From Catajapyx aquilonaris (lineage: Eukaryota): DNA of 64,000 nt. The DNA is taken from contig KZ538195.1 in the NCBI GenBank assembly GCA_000934665.2, forward strand, positions 1-64,000. The letters are read 5' to 3'. The position numbers were made by a program, and so were the translations under genes. Below the pieces are notes generated by a model. It did not search any database, was not told the DNA's origin, and saw nothing but the letters and a program-made list of their open reading frames with translations. This document shows positions 61,401-64,000 of this stretch, one piece after another (within the stretch, counting starts at the first letter, position 1; each line of letters starts with the position of its first letter).

Positions 61401-64000
61401 AACCCACATAATTCCTAGGAAAAACTGATGAAATAAAGACTTAAAGTTAATCATCTCCAAAATGAATCCAGAATTGGCACATCCACTACCATAACTGGAA
61501 AACTTTTCATATAGGCCCATCAAACATTAAATTTATGTACATGTACAAAAATACAGAATGAAAACCTACCGTATATGTTGTTGTGTTCAATTAGTCCCCT
61601 CCCCTCTCCAAAGATGTAGACACCACCCTGGTGACCATTGTATATCTCATTCCTGCGGATGGTTGGGTTGCTGTTGGAGGTGATCCAAACTCCAGCAAAA
61701 TTGTTTGAGTGGATCTTGTTCTCAATGAACTGGCCGAGGCCATTTTCATGCACATAAATGCCACCAGTCTGCCCATGATGAATCTCACAATGAACAACTG
61801 TAGGGTTTGCACCAGCCTTCACTTCAAAACCAGCTATCCGATTGTTGTGGATGTCATTTGCTTCAAAGTATCCCTGCAGTAAATTAAAGTATTAATTGAA
61901 AAATGTAGCATCATAAGACTTTCATGAAAGCACAGATTAATCATATTAATGAAAACCTAAAACTGAGCTCTGCAAGTCAATGGCTCCATAAATATTCACC
62001 CATCCCTACAACAGCAACAAATACAAACAGAATGGCATCAGAATTTTTTCTAGAACCATCCGTTGCTGTTAAGCAAGTCATTATCCATTTTGGGTATTTA
62101 CTTCAAAAATGTATTTTGAGTTGCAATAAAATATTATCACATACCAGTCCATTGTCAAAAGTGAAGATGCCAACATCTCTCCCATTGTGTATGTGGTTCC
62201 TCCTCATAATGGGATTGGCATAGTTTTTCACCCAAATTCCCGCCAAAGCATTGCGGCTTATCTCATTGTCTTCATAGGTACCCTGGGCATAATCCGTGAT
62301 GTACAAGCCCACATTCTCGCAGTCACTTATATCACAGTGCTTTATTAGAGGGTCTGCCCCTAGGCCTGTCACACACACTGCTGCTCCAACTACATGTGCA
62401 CATGTAAATTAAAAATTACATGAATTAAAGACCTATATTCATAAAAGGTAAGCAGAAAAAATGTCACTTGACAACATGCTTGTATATACAGGGTGTTTCC
62501 TGTAACTCTGTAAAGACTTGCAGGGGTAATAGAGGGGACCAAGGCAAGTATTTTTGACATAGGAACCTGTGTCCGGAAACGCCTTCTAGAGGGGGTTCAT
62601 AGACAAAGAAAGGGTGCACTCAGACGCTTCACGCGGGAGGCGCTAGGCGAGCAGACTGTTTTGTTGATAGATGGCGCTCGGATAGTAAACACCAATGCGA
62701 TGTGCCATAACCTGGCAACAGCAGCGCCATCTAACAACTAAAGTCTGCCTCCTAGGAGACGCGCAGAGAGTAAACCACGGTTCTGTTGTTTGCCAGAACC
62801 ATGGTTTACTATCTGCGTGTCTCCTAGGAGGCGGACTTTCTATAGTTGTTAGATGGCTCTGCTGTTGCCAGGTTATGGCACATCGCATTGGTGTTTACTA
62901 TCCGAGCGCCATAGTTCTATCAACAAAACAGTCCGCTTGCCTGGCGCCTCCCTCGTGATGCGTCTGAGTGCACCCGTTCCTTGTCTATGAACCCCCTCTA
63001 GATGGCGTTTCCAGACACGGGTTCCTATGTCAAAAATATTTGTCTTGGTCCCCTCTATTACCCCTGCAAGCCTTTACACAGTCATAGGAAACACCCCGTA
63101 TAATGTATTTCAACTGCAGTGTCCCTAATGCTTTGCAATTTTCAGGCAATAAGATTCTTATTAATAAGCAATTACTTTCACACAGTAATGTTCAGAAGTT
63201 ATCAAGTGTTTGTTGTGAATATAAAATTGAGTACTTCTTCAACATTTCAATGGCAATAAATTTCTGAGCTCAAATAATTGCAAAGTAACTTGCATCATAG
63301 GTTTAACTCATTTTAGGCCCTCCAGCAGTACTTATACAACATGCACTCATTAAACCTCATCTAATATTTTTATTATCCCCTACGATCAACTGTTCCAAAG
63401 TAATTGCTTCATAATAAGCAGCTTAGGGCCAAAAAACTGCTAAAATTATGGAAACTTCAATTAAAACACAATAACAGAAATGGTGTTCAGTTCATGAAAA
63501 ATAATAGGGTTGGTTTTGCATCCTACTGCTGGTTAGCAGTACCAATGGCAACAAACGGTAATCCATTTTAAAACTCGTGGGAGAATTCTGACAAATAGAA
63601 ACAGGCTGCTAGCCGAGACTTAGCAGGAGGACAAAAAACCCACCCTACAATATTATCTCAAAATTGTTCTGACCCCATTTTTGGTGTTCATCATTCTGAA
63701 GTCAGAAAAATGACAAGCTGCCCAGACTTCACTGTGCAAAAAGCCAAATATTTGGGCATTTAAAAATTATGCAATTGCAAAATATTGTTTTCCTGGAAAA
63801 TTTGAACATAACAGATGAATAGTTGCAACTAACCAACAGAAGTGCTTCTAATGATGCAATGGTCCACAGTCGGTGAGCAATTCTCCCCGATCTCAAGGCA
63901 ATAGTGCTTGTGGTGTGGTACTGTGGAAGTGATATCCGGTGAGAACTTCAGGGAAAGGTAACCTAAGTAGGCCTGGGAAGCCCCTTCCACAAACATTACT
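58473..64000 (-). CDS. FBXO11: F-box only protein 11, 3' portion (CASH/PbH1 repeats and UBR zinc finger); 5' end beyond window
   Basis: Exons >64000-63834, 62389-62145, 61873-61570, 60853-60110, 58883-58676, 58602-58473. Repeated beta-helix motifs ([44 protein letters not shown]), UBR box [59 protein letters not shown], and C-terminus [20 protein letters not shown]. Confidence 0.96.
62489..63098. mobile_element. Tc1/mariner MITE, near-complete palindrome, in an FBXO11 intron
   Basis: TA|CAGGGTGTTTCC ... GGAAACACCCCG|TA; arms pair over ~290 bp. Confidence 0.9.

Overview
Eukaryotic (metazoan, probably arthropod) genomic DNA with spliceosomal GT-AG introns and no prokaryotic or CRISPR features. 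Four intron-containing genes can be reconstructed by hand: PEX6 (- strand, ~3.6-17.5 kb); ERCC2/XPD (+, 18.1-24.2 kb, head-to-head with PEX6); a single unsplit Bub1/BubR1 'MadBub' checkpoint gene (-, 24.9-44.6 kb, tail-to-tail with XPD); and the 3' part of FBXO11 (-, 58.5 kb to window end). Introns and the 45-58 kb intergenic/UTR stretch are dense with short non-autonomous transposons. Judged by termini and TSDs, these include hAT, PIF/Harbinger, Tc1/mariner, piggyBac, Helitron, Sola1-like and Transib-like elements, three tRNA-derived SINE families, and mariner transposase relics. Many are near-perfect palindromes, and several are nested so their insertion order can be read. I found no convincingly new protein system. 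The most unusual signals are the foldback/nested transposon architectures and the motif-complete MadBub gene. Coordinates and family calls were read by eye without database searches.
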